Assembly (NCBI GenBank): GCA_001029775.1
Contig: CP011215.1
Location: 274,685-338,684 of the forward strand
Length of the DNA: 64,000 nt
Origin: Candidatus Campbellbacteria bacterium GW2011_OD1_34_28
GTDB lineage: Bacteria > Patescibacteriota > Minisyncoccia > Phycocordibacterales > UBA12079
Direction: 5' to 3'
In this document: positions 9,340 to 19,063 of the stretch, piece after piece
Numbering within the stretch: position 1 is the stretch's first letter
How the letters are laid out: the number at the start of each line of letters is the position of its first letter
Translations under genes and position numbers: made by a program
Notes under the pieces: model-generated
Seen by the model: the letters and a program-made list of their open reading frames with translations, nothing else
Told to the model about the DNA's origin: nothing
Database searches by the model: none

Positions 9340-10444
9340 TTGGCAAACAAAAAAACTTGGCGAGGTTTGTGAAATCAAGACTGGCAAGAAAGACGTTAAT
9401 CAGGGAAATCCTAATGGAAAGTATCCTTTTTTTACTTGTGCAAAAGAGCATACTTACAGTGATGTATATTCTTTTGATACAGAAGCTATATTAATCGCTG
9501 GTAATGGGGATGTTGGATCACTTAATTATTGCAATGGGAAATTTGAAGCATATCAGCGAACCTACGTTCTTTCTGAATTCAAAGAAATTGATGCCAAGTA
9601 TTTATTATATGTTTTAGATGGATCACTAAAGGATGTTGTTTCAAAACAAAAATTAGGAAACACAATGCCCTATATAAAACTTGGAATGTTAGCTGAATTT
9701 TTAATCCCCATTCCACCTCTTTCTGAACAAAAACGCATTGTAAAAGTTTTGGATGAGATTTTTGAGAATATTGAAAAGGCAAAGAGAAATGCGGAAAAGA
9801 ATTTGAAAAATTCCAAAGAGATTTTTGAATCGTATTTGCAGAGTGTTTTTGAAAATCCGGAGAAGGATTGGGAAGAAAAAACGTTGGATGAAGTTTGTGA
9901 AATAAGTTCTAAATTAGTTGATCCACGAAAGCCAGAGTTTCTTGATTTGATCCATGTTGGAGCTGGAAATATGGAAACTAAATCTGAAAAATTAATTGAT
10001 TTGAAAACTGCGAGAGAAGAAAAACTCATATCGGGAAAATTTCTTTTTGATGAATCAATGGTTCTTTATAGCAAAATTCGTCCATATCTAATGAAAGTAG
10101 CAAGGCCGAATTTTTCAGGTTTGTGCAGCGCCGACATATATCCACTTGTACCTCGAAAAAATTTGAACAGAGATTATTTATTCCATCTATTATTAACATC
10201 AATGTTTACAGAGTTTGCGATAAAGGGATCAGCGAGAGCGGGTATGCCAAAAGTAAATCGGGAGCATCTTTTTTCATTCAATTTTTTCTTGCCACCAATT
10301 ACTAAACAAAAAGCCATCGTTAAAAAGCTGGATGTGCTGGCAGGGGAGACCAAGAAGCTAGAGGCGATTTATAAACAAAAACTGGCTGATCTGGATGAGC
10401 TCAAAAAATCAGTGTTAAAAAAAGCTTTTAGTGGGGAGTTGTAG
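9326..10444 (+). CDS. hsdS: Type I R-M specificity subunit
   Basis: Two target-recognition domains separated and followed by conserved LPPLSEQKRIV / LPPITKQKAIV coiled-coil repeats. Confidence 0.85.
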   Translation: MYMYNWQTKKLGEVCEIKTGKKDVNQGNPNGKYPFFTCAKEHTYSDVYSFDTEAILIAGNGDVGSLNYCNGKFEAYQRTYVLSEFKEIDAKYLLYVLDGSLKDVVSKQKLGNTMPYIKLGMLAEFLIPIPPLSEQKRIVKVLDEIFENIEKAKRNAEKNLKNSKEIFESYLQSVFENPEKDWEEKTLDEVCEISSKLVDPRKPEFLDLIHVGAGNMETKSEKLIDLKTAREEKLISGKFLFDESMVLYSKIRPYLMKVARPNFSGLCSADIYPLVPRKNLNRDYLFHLLLTSMFTEFAIKGSARAGMPKVNREHLFSFNFFLPPITKQKAIVKKLDVLAGETKKLEAIYKQKLADLDELKKSVLKKAFSGEL

Positions 10445-10576
10445 TGTTGTTTTTATCAACATTTTTCCTATATTTTTTAATAGAAAACTTGTATAATTTA
10501 AGTAGCTACTCGAAACTTTTTATGGATTATGTATTTACAAATTATAAATAATGTATTATTATAACCATAACAAACA

Positions 10577-11068
10577 ATGACTAATACTACAAAATTAAAT
10601 GAGAAAAAATACAAAAATGCAATTTTGTATTTTATAAAATATTGCAACAACAATTATCTTGGTGATACTAAGTTAAATAAATTGCTTTACTATTTGGACT
10701 TTATAAATTACAGGGACCGAAAAGAATCTGTAACAGGTGATTTTTATATACATAACCATTTTGGACCAACTCCAAGCGAGGCGACTGTCTTTTTGTCTGA
10801 TTTGGTTGAAAATCACGATATAGAAGTAAAGAAGAAAGATTTTAAGGATTCCCACACTACTTCTTTTGTTTTAAAAACAGAACCCGATGAAAGCGTGTTT
10901 TTAGAAGAAGAAAAAATATTGTTGAAAAATATTTGTAAAGAATTTTTAGACTGGTCAACGCCTAAAATAGTTGAACAAACTCACCTAGAAGCTCCTTGGT
11001 TTTATTCTAAACCATTTCAAAAAGTTGATTACAATTACTCGCGTGATATAGAATTTTTTGCTGAATAG
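10577..11068 (+). CDS. Panacea/DUF4065-domain protein (putative PanA-type antitoxin)
   Basis: KLNKLLYYLDF...FGPTPSEA pattern typical of DUF4065 (GepA/SocA-like). Confidence 0.6.
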   Translation: MTNTTKLNEKKYKNAILYFIKYCNNNYLGDTKLNKLLYYLDFINYRDRKESVTGDFYIHNHFGPTPSEATVFLSDLVENHDIEVKKKDFKDSHTTSFVLKTEPDESVFLEEEKILLKNICKEFLDWSTPKIVEQTHLEAPWFYSKPFQKVDYNYSRDIEFFAE

Positions 11069-11077
11069 TTTTTGCTT

Positions 11078-11470
11078 ATGACTGAATGGAATTATATTGA
11101 GACAGAATATTTTGTGAGATCTTGTGAGGAATATGGTATTTCTCAAGACATTAAGGATTTTATAGAAGAGTGGGCAAAATCTGTCAGAAGACAAATAACT
11201 CCATCAAACAAAAGACCTTTTATATCACCCAATAATATATTTGAAATTTGGGATGCTAGAATTCCTAATCCTGATGCTAACAAAGGAAAGAGTGGGGGTT
11301 ATCGCCTTGTGTATTATATTCATTTATCTGAAAGAAATTTATTTGTTGATTTAATGGTAGATAGAAAAGATTTAGATTATAAAGGTTCTAACGGAAAAAA
11401 ACAAAAGAAATGGGATGGGCATCTTGCTGATTTGAAGAAAGAATTATTGCAAAAATATGATAATTGTTGA
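11078..11470 (+). CDS. RelE/ParE-superfamily toxin-like protein
   Basis: KGKSGGYRLVYYIH...DLMVDRKD matches the RelE/ParE core (GGYRviYy...K); 10 bp downstream of the Panacea gene. Confidence 0.5.
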   Translation: MTEWNYIETEYFVRSCEEYGISQDIKDFIEEWAKSVRRQITPSNKRPFISPNNIFEIWDARIPNPDANKGKSGGYRLVYYIHLSERNLFVDLMVDRKDLDYKGSNGKKQKKWDGHLADLKKELLQKYDNC

Positions 11471-11551
11471 GTTTATAAATACCGTCTAATAAGGACGGTA
11501 TTTTTAATTTTAGTCTTTATTATATTGACCATAAGTGATATATTTAATTTT

Positions 11552-13924
11552 ATGAACGAATCAGAAACACGAGCAGAATATATAGATCCAAAGCTTAAAG
11601 AGGCTGGTTGGGGTGAGATGGAAGACTCTAAAATTTTGAGAGAGTTTGTTTTTACTGATGGAAAAATTCAAGCTGGTGGAATTCGTGGGAAACAAGAAAT
11701 CGCTGATTATATTTTGGTTTATAAAAATGTAAAATTGGCTGTAATTGAGGCAAAAAAAGAGGGTCTATATGCGACTGAGGGAGTAGCCCAAGCCAAAACT
11801 TATGCTCAAAAATTGAATATTAAATATACTTATTCAACCAATGGTAAGGAAATTTATGAAATTTCAATGGGTGGTGGTTGTGAAGATTATGTTGATAAAT
11901 TTCCGACTCCTGAAGAATTATGGAACAAAACTTTTTCAGACCAGAACGAATGGAAAGACAAATTTAATCAAATTTTGTTTGAAGACGGAGGTGGTAAAAG
12001 ACCAAGATATTATCAAGAAAACGCTATCAATAAAACTCTTGATGCCATTGCAGAAGAGAAAAACAGAATCCTTCTAACTCTTGCAACAGGAACAGGAAAA
12101 ACATTTATTGCTTTTCAAATTGTTTGGAAACTTTTTCAATCACGATGGAATTTAAACAGGGATGGGGCTAGGCGACCGAGAATCTTATTTTTGGCGGACA
12201 GAAATATTTTGGCCGACCAAGCTTTTAATGCTTTTTCCTCTTTTCCTGATGATGTTAAAGTTCGCATCAATCCATTGGATATTCGGAGACATGGTGGAGT
12301 ACCGATGAGTGGAAGTGTTTTCTTTACTATTTTTCAAACTTTTATGAGCGGGTCAAATAATACTCCTTATTTCGGAGAATATCCGAAAGATTTTTTTGAT
12401 TTAATCATTATCGATGAGTGTCATAGGGGCGGGGCTAATGATGAAAGTAATTGGCGAGGAATTTTGGAATATTTTTCACCTGCTGTGCAAATTGGTTTGA
12501 CTGCTACCCCTAAAAGAAAAGATAATATTGATACTTATAAATATTTTGGTGAACCGATTTATACTTATTCTCTCAAAGAGGGTGTGAGCGACGGTTTTTT
12601 GACACCATTTAAAGTAAAAAGAATTCAAACTACTTTAGATGATTATGTTTATACATCTGACGATGAAATTATTGAGGGCGAAGTGGAAGAGGGAAAAGTT
12701 TATGAAGAGCCGGATTTTAATAAAATTATTGTTATCAAAGAGCGCGAAGCTAAAAGAGTGCGAGTTGTTTTGGATGAAATAGATCAAAATGAAAAAACTA
12801 TTATTTTTTGTGCTACTCAGGATCATGCTGCAGCGGTGCGAGATTTAATAAATCAAATGAAAGAAAGTACTGACCCGAGTTATTGTGTTCGTGTGACGGC
12901 AAACGATGGAGCTAGGGGAGAACAAGCTTTGCGAGAATTCCAAGATAATGAAAAAACTATTCCTACTATTTTGACGACCTCACAAAAACTTTCTACTGGC
13001 GTTGATGCTAGAAATGTCAGAAATATTGTGTTGATGCGACCAGTAAATTCTATGGTGGAATTTAAACAAATTGTAGGTCGTGGAACAAGACTTTTTGACG
13101 GTAAAGAGTTTTTTACAATTTATGATTTCGTAGATGCGTATAAGCATTTTTCAGATCCTGAATGGGATGGCGAGCCGATTGAGGAGGTTTGTTCAAAATG
13201 CGAGCAAAATCCTTGTGTCTGTGAAGTAAAACCACCCAAAGAATGTTCTGTTTGTGGACAACGTCCTTGCGTATGTGAAAAACCATCTAAAATATGTTCT
13301 GTGTGTGGAAAAGATCCTTGCGAGTGTGAAAATCCGCCAAAAAGAAAATTGAAAATAAAATTAAGAGACGGAAAGGAAAGAGAAATTCAACATATGATCT
13401 CAACTTCTTTTTGGGGAGCTAATGGAAGACCTCTTTCGTCAGAAGAATTTATAACTAAAATATTTGGTGTGTTACCAGATTTATTTAAGAATGAGGAAGA
13501 ATTAAGGAAAATATGGTCAAATCCAGTAACAAGAAAAGAGTTTCTTGAAAGGTTGTTTGATTTAGGGATTGATTTAGAGCAATTAGATAATATTAAAAAA
13601 GTAGTTAATGCAGAAAATTGTGATTTATTTGATGTGCTTTCTTACCTTGCGTATAGTAAGCCATTGATTACTAGAGAGGAAAGAATTGATAAAACTAAAG
13701 AAAATATTTTTGAAGGAGTTGATGAAAAAAATAGAGAATTCTTAGATTTTGTTATTTCAAAATATAAAGAAAAAGGAGTTGAAGAGTTGGGTGAGGAAAA
13801 ATTACCAATTTTATTAAACTTAAAATATAACTCTCCTGCTGACGCTATAAGTATTCTTGGTGATGTTAATTTAATCCGTTCTACATTTTTTGATTTTCAA
13901 AAAAGACTATACACAAAAATATAA
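11552..13924 (+). CDS. hsdR: Type I restriction enzyme R subunit (EcoEI-like, short form)
   Basis: HSDR_N nuclease (EYIDPKL...), SF2 helicase motifs (LATGTGKT, DECHRG), EcoEI_R_C-like C-terminus. Contains a 3x tandem Cys-rich repeat at 13190-13345. Confidence 0.85.
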   Translation: MNESETRAEYIDPKLKEAGWGEMEDSKILREFVFTDGKIQAGGIRGKQEIADYILVYKNVKLAVIEAKKEGLYATEGVAQAKTYAQKLNIKYTYSTNGKEIYEISMGGGCEDYVDKFPTPEELWNKTFSDQNEWKDKFNQILFEDGGGKRPRYYQENAINKTLDAIAEEKNRILLTLATGTGKTFIAFQIVWKLFQSRWNLNRDGARRPRILFLADRNILADQAFNAFSSFPDDVKVRINPLDIRRHGGVPMSGSVFFTIFQTFMSGSNNTPYFGEYPKDFFDLIIIDECHRGGANDESNWRGILEYFSPAVQIGLTATPKRKDNIDTYKYFGEPIYTYSLKEGVSDGFLTPFKVKRIQTTLDDYVYTSDDEIIEGEVEEGKVYEEPDFNKIIVIKEREAKRVRVVLDEIDQNEKTIIFCATQDHAAAVRDLINQMKESTDPSYCVRVTANDGARGEQALREFQDNEKTIPTILTTSQKLSTGVDARNVRNIVLMRPVNSMVEFKQIVGRGTRLFDGKEFFTIYDFVDAYKHFSDPEWDGEPIEEVCSKCEQNPCVCEVKPPKECSVCGQRPCVCEKPSKICSVCGKDPCECENPPKRKLKIKLRDGKEREIQHMISTSFWGANGRPLSSEEFITKIFGVLPDLFKNEEELRKIWSNPVTRKEFLERLFDLGIDLEQLDNIKKVVNAENCDLFDVLSYLAYSKPLITREERIDKTKENIFEGVDEKNREFLDFVISKYKEKGVEELGEEKLPILLNLKYNSPADAISILGDVNLIRSTFFDFQKRLYTKI

Positions 13925-14081
13925 TTCTTAATTTAATAAATATTTTATCTTCCAAACCCATCACAAAAAATAGTGGAAAAACAGTGAAGGGTAGGAGAGA
14001 CTTTTCAATACCCAAAAACAAAACCATGATACAATTATGTTGATAAAGTGTTTTATTTTTCTTTGAATTACCGGCGTGGAT

Positions 14082-14128
14082 TCCTGCCTGCCGTGTCGTT
14101 GCTTTTCTTTCAGAAAAGAGGCAGGGCT
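14082..14128. repeat. Dispersed hairpin repeat family B (cctgcctgccgtgtcgttgcttttctttcagaaaagaggcagg)
   Basis: Near-identical copies at 6244-6288 (inverted), 14082-14128, 30610-30662 and 58765-58807. Confidence 0.7.
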
Positions 14129-14315
14129 TCGTTATTCCGCTCCACTCCATTCCTCGCAAAGACGACGAGGGCGGGAAATTTGCGAACCTGGCTGCCGGCA
14201 GGCAGGCTCTCCGCAATGTTACTTATTTATTTAAAAAGCTACTTTTCAGTAGCCTTTTAAATTTCAGTATTGCCAGAGGGTGGGATTCGAACGGAACTTT
14301 TTAAAACAAAGCAGT

Positions 14316-14753
14316 TTATTTTCTATAAACTAAAAAATGAGGTAATTTGTCCATATCTTTATATACAAACATTTCATAATTTGCTCGCCTAGCAGTTTTT
14401 GAAAGTTTGTAATTTGAAAGGTTCTTTTTTGGAACAAAAGGATAAAATTTTATTTCTTGTTTTTCTTCTCCCTTCTCAGACCATTTAAAATTTAAAAACA
14501 AAGACGGTGTCATGTACCCTGATTTTAAAACTTTGTTCATAATTTGCCATCCAGCACCAAAAACAACAGATTTTGGTTTACTTTGGTTTGTTTTAACTTG
14601 AGCACGAAAAGAACATCCTGTGCACTGAACATCATAAAGAGGATAGTTTGGAGGAAGTTTCATTAACATCTTCCCACAATTTGGACATGGAACAATATTG
14701 ACGATTTCTTGTTCGCCAGAATTACCAGATTCTTTTTTACTTTTTTTTAGCAT
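14316..14753 (-). CDS. Hypothetical Zn-ribbon protein
   Basis: CPNC...CTGC; no further motif recognised. Confidence 0.4.
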   Translation of the reverse strand: MLKKSKKESGNSGEQEIVNIVPCPNCGKMLMKLPPNYPLYDVQCTGCSFRAQVKTNQSKPKSVVFGAGWQIMNKVLKSGYMTPSLFLNFKWSEKGEEKQEIKFYPFVPKKNLSNYKLSKTARRANYEMFVYKDMDKLPHFLVYRK

Positions 14754-14788
14754 TTTTTAATTTTTATAGATAAATAATAATTTTTTGG

Positions 14789-15196
14789 TTATTCAAATTT
14801 AATTTGAAAACTGTACATCCCCATAGAACAAAGACCTTGGATTTCTTCACCTGCTTTTTGTGGCGGAACTTCTATCTCTGTTACAGCAGTAGGGGGGAGA
14901 TTTTTTTGATAATTTAAATCTGGAATAACAAGAGCCGAAGAACAATCAAAAGTACTCTTTGTCTCTACTTTTATTATCGTTGGCATATCTGCTTTTGCGA
15001 TTGTCATTTGGGGAAAATATCCGCCTCTTGCATCAATGGTGATTATTTGTTTTCCGTCTACAACACTGACATTACTTTTTACTTCTTTTATTTCTTCTTT
15101 TTTTGTGTCGTCTGAAACATCTTTATTTCTAGAGTACACAAAAGACGCTCCGATCAAGACGACTATTATTAAGATTGCGATTGTTGTTGGTTTCAT
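14789..15196 (-). CDS. Membrane-anchored cupredoxin-like protein (putative)
   Basis: N-terminal TM helix, beta-rich C-terminal domain ending with Cys/Met (GLCSMGMY); adjacent to a heavy-metal-associated domain transporter. Confidence 0.4.
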   Translation of the reverse strand: MKPTTIAILIIVVLIGASFVYSRNKDVSDDTKKEEIKEVKSNVSVVDGKQIITIDARGGYFPQMTIAKADMPTIIKVETKSTFDCSSALVIPDLNYQKNLPPTAVTEIEVPPQKAGEEIQGLCSMGMYSFQIKFE

Positions 15197-15250
15197 GAAA
15201 TTAAGTATTAAGTAGTAAGTAGTAAGTAGTGAGTAGTGAGTAGTGAGTGG
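15197..15250. repeat. AGTAAGT/AGTGAGT heptamer microsatellite-like intergenic repeat
   Basis: Similar tracts at 566-585, 4820-4900 (reverse complement), 30555-30590, 41150-41180, 41800-41830 and 60755-60780, always at gene boundaries. Confidence 0.6.
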
Positions 15251-15330
15251 GTGGAAAATTTGCGAAGCAAATTTTCCACCAAGTCGTTGTAGCTATCAGC
15301 TATTAGCTATAGGCTATCAGCTTGTAATTA

Positions 15331-16353
15331 TTAAATATTAAATACCGGCGGGATTATTCCAATTGCTGTAAATGCTCCTAATAAACTGAGTATTCCAAAG
15401 AAAATCACTACCAATCCCGCTGTCTTAAAGAATACACCAGATTGAGCTTTTTTGTGAATACCGAGAGAACTGAAACTGAGCAATGCCAAGACAGGAAGAG
15501 TACCAAGGGCAAAAGAAAACATTATCAATGCTCCTGTTAGAAAACTGCCTGTGGTCAAAGTATAAATTTGCATTGATTGAGTAAATCCGCAAGGCAAAAA
15601 GAAAGTCGCTATTCCTACCAAAAACGGAGTAAGGGTGTGATTGATGTCTTTTAAACCGTGAACTCTTTTACCGATAAATTTTGGAATAGTTGGTTGTAGT
15701 TTTTTTATCGCAGGAAAGACATCCAACAGATTGATACCCAAAATCAAAAGTACCAAAGCAACAAAAACATTGAGAGCAAATGTTCCCATCAATCCCAATT
15801 GGAAAACAGATCCAAGAGCGCCAATCACGCCACCCAAGATAAAGAAAGAAATCAAGCGACCAAGATGAAAATATATTTGAGGTTTTGTTTTGTCACCTTC
15901 TTTGGCAAAGTTTGCCGAGATAGAAAGTGTCAGTCCTCCAACTACCGCCATACAAGTAGAAACAGAAGCGACTAGCCCAATGACAAAAGCAGTGCCATAA
16001 CCGACCTCGTCGGCGGTTATCAGATTTACTATTCCCATTTTTTGAAGAAGGAGAAAGAAAGCGATAAATCCAACAGACAAAGGCAGGGCGATTTTGAAAT
16101 CGGACCATTTTGGTTTGTAAAAATTTTGTTTTTCTACAGAAATAGAATAGCCGTCGGATGTGAGTAACTCGTTTAGACTTTTGGCGATTTCTTCCGAACT
16201 TTTATTCTCAAAGTCTCCGGTAATTTCGACGCTGTGTTTTGAAAGGGAGGCATGCGCCGATTTTACGCCAACAGCATGATCAAGTTTTGATTCTACGAGA
16301 ACTGTACACGAATTACAGCTCATTCCTTCTATATGAAATTTGTATGTTTTCAT
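15331..16353 (-). CDS. HMA-domain fused to CcdA/DsbD-like membrane domain (heavy-metal-associated membrane protein)
   Basis: N-terminal GMSCNSC metal-binding motif, then 6-8 TM helices with conserved Cys in TM segments (VSTCMAV, LPCGFTQS). Confidence 0.55.
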   Translation of the reverse strand: MKTYKFHIEGMSCNSCTVLVESKLDHAVGVKSAHASLSKHSVEITGDFENKSSEEIAKSLNELLTSDGYSISVEKQNFYKPKWSDFKIALPLSVGFIAFFLLLQKMGIVNLITADEVGYGTAFVIGLVASVSTCMAVVGGLTLSISANFAKEGDKTKPQIYFHLGRLISFFILGGVIGALGSVFQLGLMGTFALNVFVALVLLILGINLLDVFPAIKKLQPTIPKFIGKRVHGLKDINHTLTPFLVGIATFFLPCGFTQSMQIYTLTTGSFLTGALIMFSFALGTLPVLALLSFSSLGIHKKAQSGVFFKTAGLVVIFFGILSLLGAFTAIGIIPPVFNI

Positions 16354-16673
16354 AGAGACATCATTTTAACATTTTGGGAGTTTGCAGTCGACAACCTACC
16401 TAACATCTTTTATCTTGCAGACAAAAAGTGTTGGGGTTTATAGGTTTATTTTGCTGAAAATCATTGTTTATGATAAGTTTAATTTAGATATGTCGATTTT
16501 CAATTTTTGAGATGGAGGATTCAGGTGAATAAAGCAGACTTTTTTAAAAGCGTGCGGGTGGATTTGATCCCCGAGACGAGACTTGAAAAATTTTGTGATT
16601 CTTTCTTGTATTTTTTAACAGGACTTTCTATTTTTATAACAAAAAAGAGACAACAGTTTTTAAGGAGAGTTTT

Positions 16674-16937
16674 GTGGTAAAACAAAAAAGCACAAGTCAA
16701 AAATTGTTGGACAAGCCAATATATATAACTTTGAGTGCAAAGACGATAACAGGCGAATTGGCCGAGGTAGAGTTTGTTAGAAAGGATTGTCCTTGTTGTG
16801 GAAAATGTGGATCGCTTCCAGAAGATCATGAAATTATAAATTACGAACGTATTTGTCACGGGTGGAACAAGGGAGATGTTCGGTGTAAAAAATGTGGATC
16901 TTTTGTCAGGAATAATGTTGAATTTATTGAATATTAA
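16674..16937 (+). CDS. Small Zn-ribbon protein (hypothetical)
   Basis: CPCCGKCG...CKKCG. Confidence 0.35.
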   Translation: MVKQKSTSQKLLDKPIYITLSAKTITGELAEVEFVRKDCPCCGKCGSLPEDHEIINYERICHGWNKGDVRCKKCGSFVRNNVEFIEY

Positions 16938-16961
16938 TTTATTTTTTCAAAAGGGAAAACA

Positions 16962-17150
16962 ATGACACAAAAAAGTGCCGGTCAAAAATTGTTTGATGCG
17001 TTGCGTGATGCGAGTTTTCCGTGTGACGAGGTGATTGTCGTAAAACCGACAGAAGAAGACCTTCGTCGAATGAGGGAAACAATTGCTTTTGTCCGCAGAG
17101 TGGATGAAGCTCACGAAGTGGCAAAAAATTCTACCCTTCATTTGGGGTGA
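16962..17150 (+). CDS. Small hypothetical protein
   Basis: N-terminus KSAGQKLFD is paralogous to the preceding ORF's KSTSQKLLD. Confidence 0.3.
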   Translation: MTQKSAGQKLFDALRDASFPCDEVIVVKPTEEDLRRMRETIAFVRRVDEAHEVAKNSTLHLG

Positions 17151-17359
17151 CGGCGTGGGCCGGACTGATTGCGATCAGTCCGGTCCTTTAAAATTGTGGG
17201 TCGGTCAAAGATTCGCAAAGACGACGTGGATTGCTTCGCTTAAGCTCGCAAAGACGGGTGGGGGCCGTCTTCGCGAACGCAGTGACGCGATCCATAATCA
17301 TTGTTTAAATTTTAAAATTTGGAGTCACGTCTTTTTATATGTTATTCTTATAAGCATAT

Positions 17360-18613
17360 ATGACGATAAAACTTTTTAATTTTTTTACAATTTTAACAAT
17401 TTTCGTTGGTGTTTTTTCTTTTGCTTCCCTGCCTGCCGTAGCTTTGGCGGAGGAGGGTGTCGAAGAAAAAGTAAATGTTTATGTTTTTGAAAGAGAAAAC
17501 TGCAATTTTTGCCAACTGGAGAAAACTTTTCTAAATAAACAACTTTCCGAAAGGGGAGACTTTAACATCGTTTCACTGGATGTCACAAACGAAAATGTTA
17601 AAAATCAATTTGACGATATCACTGCAAAATACAATCTGGTAAAAGCCACTCCTGTAACTTTGGTAGGCAATTCTATTATCCAAGGTTTTAATTCTGATGA
17701 AACGACGGGCAAAGATATCCTGTTTGCAATTGATAGTCATAAAGGAAAACCAAATCTAACTATTGAAGAATATTTGGAAGAAGGAAAGAATCTCTCTACA
17801 TCCAGCGCTATTTGTGATGATGAAGGGGAGGCTGTTACTTGTTCTGTGGATGTAAAAGAAAATACGGAAATAAAAGTTCCTTTTTTTGGGGTGATAGATT
17901 TTAAAGAATTTTCTCTCTTTTCAATGGCGGTGATTTTGGGATTTGTCGATGGGTTCAATCCTTGCGCGATGTGGGTACTGCTGACTTTCTTGTTGATTTT
18001 GTGGCAGGTGGGTAACAGAAAAAAGATGTTGCAAGTGGCGGGTTTGTTTATTCTTGCTGAAGGAATTATGTATTGGGCGATTTTGAATTTTTGGTTTAGC
18101 GCTTGGGACTTTGTTGGTTTGGACAAATTTGTTACCCCAGCCGTTGGATTGTTGGCAGTTGGTGGGGGAATATATTTCTTGAGAAGATATTTCAAAAACA
18201 AAGATCAATTGATTTGTGATGTGACTGATTATGAAAGCAAATCAAAAACGGAAATGAAAATAAAAAATCTGATCAGTTCTCCAATGACGATTTTGACCGC
18301 TTTGGGAATTATGGGCGTGGCATTTTCTGTAAATATAATAGAGTTTGCTTGCTCTGTTGGTATTCCACAAACATTTACAAAAGTTTTGGAAATGAATAAT
18401 CTAAATTTGTTGCAAGATCAATTTTATATCCTTGTTTATACTTTGTTCTATATGGTGGACGATTTTGTTGTGTTTGGATTGGCCCTATATGGTTTTGACA
18501 AGTTTTACACTGTGGGAACAAAATATTCAAACCTATCGTCACTAATCGGGGGAGTGCTGATGCTGATTTTGGGAGGTATGCTTTTGTTTGCTCCAAATTT
18601 GCTGGTGTTTTAA
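17360..18613 (+). CDS. Thioredoxin/glutaredoxin-like domain fused to CcdA/DsbD-like transmembrane domain
   Basis: Signal/TM helix, CNFC redox motif, then TM domain with FNPCAMW and EFACSVG cysteines. Confidence 0.5.
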   Translation: MTIKLFNFFTILTIFVGVFSFASLPAVALAEEGVEEKVNVYVFERENCNFCQLEKTFLNKQLSERGDFNIVSLDVTNENVKNQFDDITAKYNLVKATPVTLVGNSIIQGFNSDETTGKDILFAIDSHKGKPNLTIEEYLEEGKNLSTSSAICDDEGEAVTCSVDVKENTEIKVPFFGVIDFKEFSLFSMAVILGFVDGFNPCAMWVLLTFLLILWQVGNRKKMLQVAGLFILAEGIMYWAILNFWFSAWDFVGLDKFVTPAVGLLAVGGGIYFLRRYFKNKDQLICDVTDYESKSKTEMKIKNLISSPMTILTALGIMGVAFSVNIIEFACSVGIPQTFTKVLEMNNLNLLQDQFYILVYTLFYMVDDFVVFGLALYGFDKFYTVGTKYSNLSSLIGGVLMLILGGMLLFAPNLLVF

Positions 18614-18619
18614 TTTGAT

Positions 18620-19063
18620 ATGAAACTTATTATTTTAAAAGGTTTACCAGGGACAGGAAAGACTGCAGTTGCCCATGGGCTAGAAAATAGATTATCTAAT
18701 TCGGAGGTTATTCATCTAGATGACTTTGGCATAAAGACTGGCAAAAATATAGAAGAAAATTTTAAAAAAATTTTAAAAAAATTGTCAAAATTAATTGAGC
18801 AAGACACGGAGGTTGCAATTGTCGAGGGTTTAACAAAAGATGTCGATTTCTGGGGCAGGCTTGAAACTTTTGCTGAAGAAAATAAATTGACCCTAATTTC
18901 TTTTATGTTAGAACAGCCGTTAGATAGATTATTAGAAAGAAAGCCAAAAAATTCTGTAGAAGATTTTAAAAAATTACAGAAATATTTAGAAGTTAGTGAC
19001 GAAATTATTATCCGTGATAATGATATAGACGGAAGTGTTAATTTTATTTTAAATAAAATATGA
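18620..19063 (+). CDS. P-loop NTPase / kinase-like protein
   Basis: Walker A GLPGTGKT at the N-terminus; small size. Confidence 0.45.
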   Translation: MKLIILKGLPGTGKTAVAHGLENRLSNSEVIHLDDFGIKTGKNIEENFKKILKKLSKLIEQDTEVAIVEGLTKDVDFWGRLETFAEENKLTLISFMLEQPLDRLLERKPKNSVEDFKKLQKYLEVSDEIIIRDNDIDGSVNFILNKI

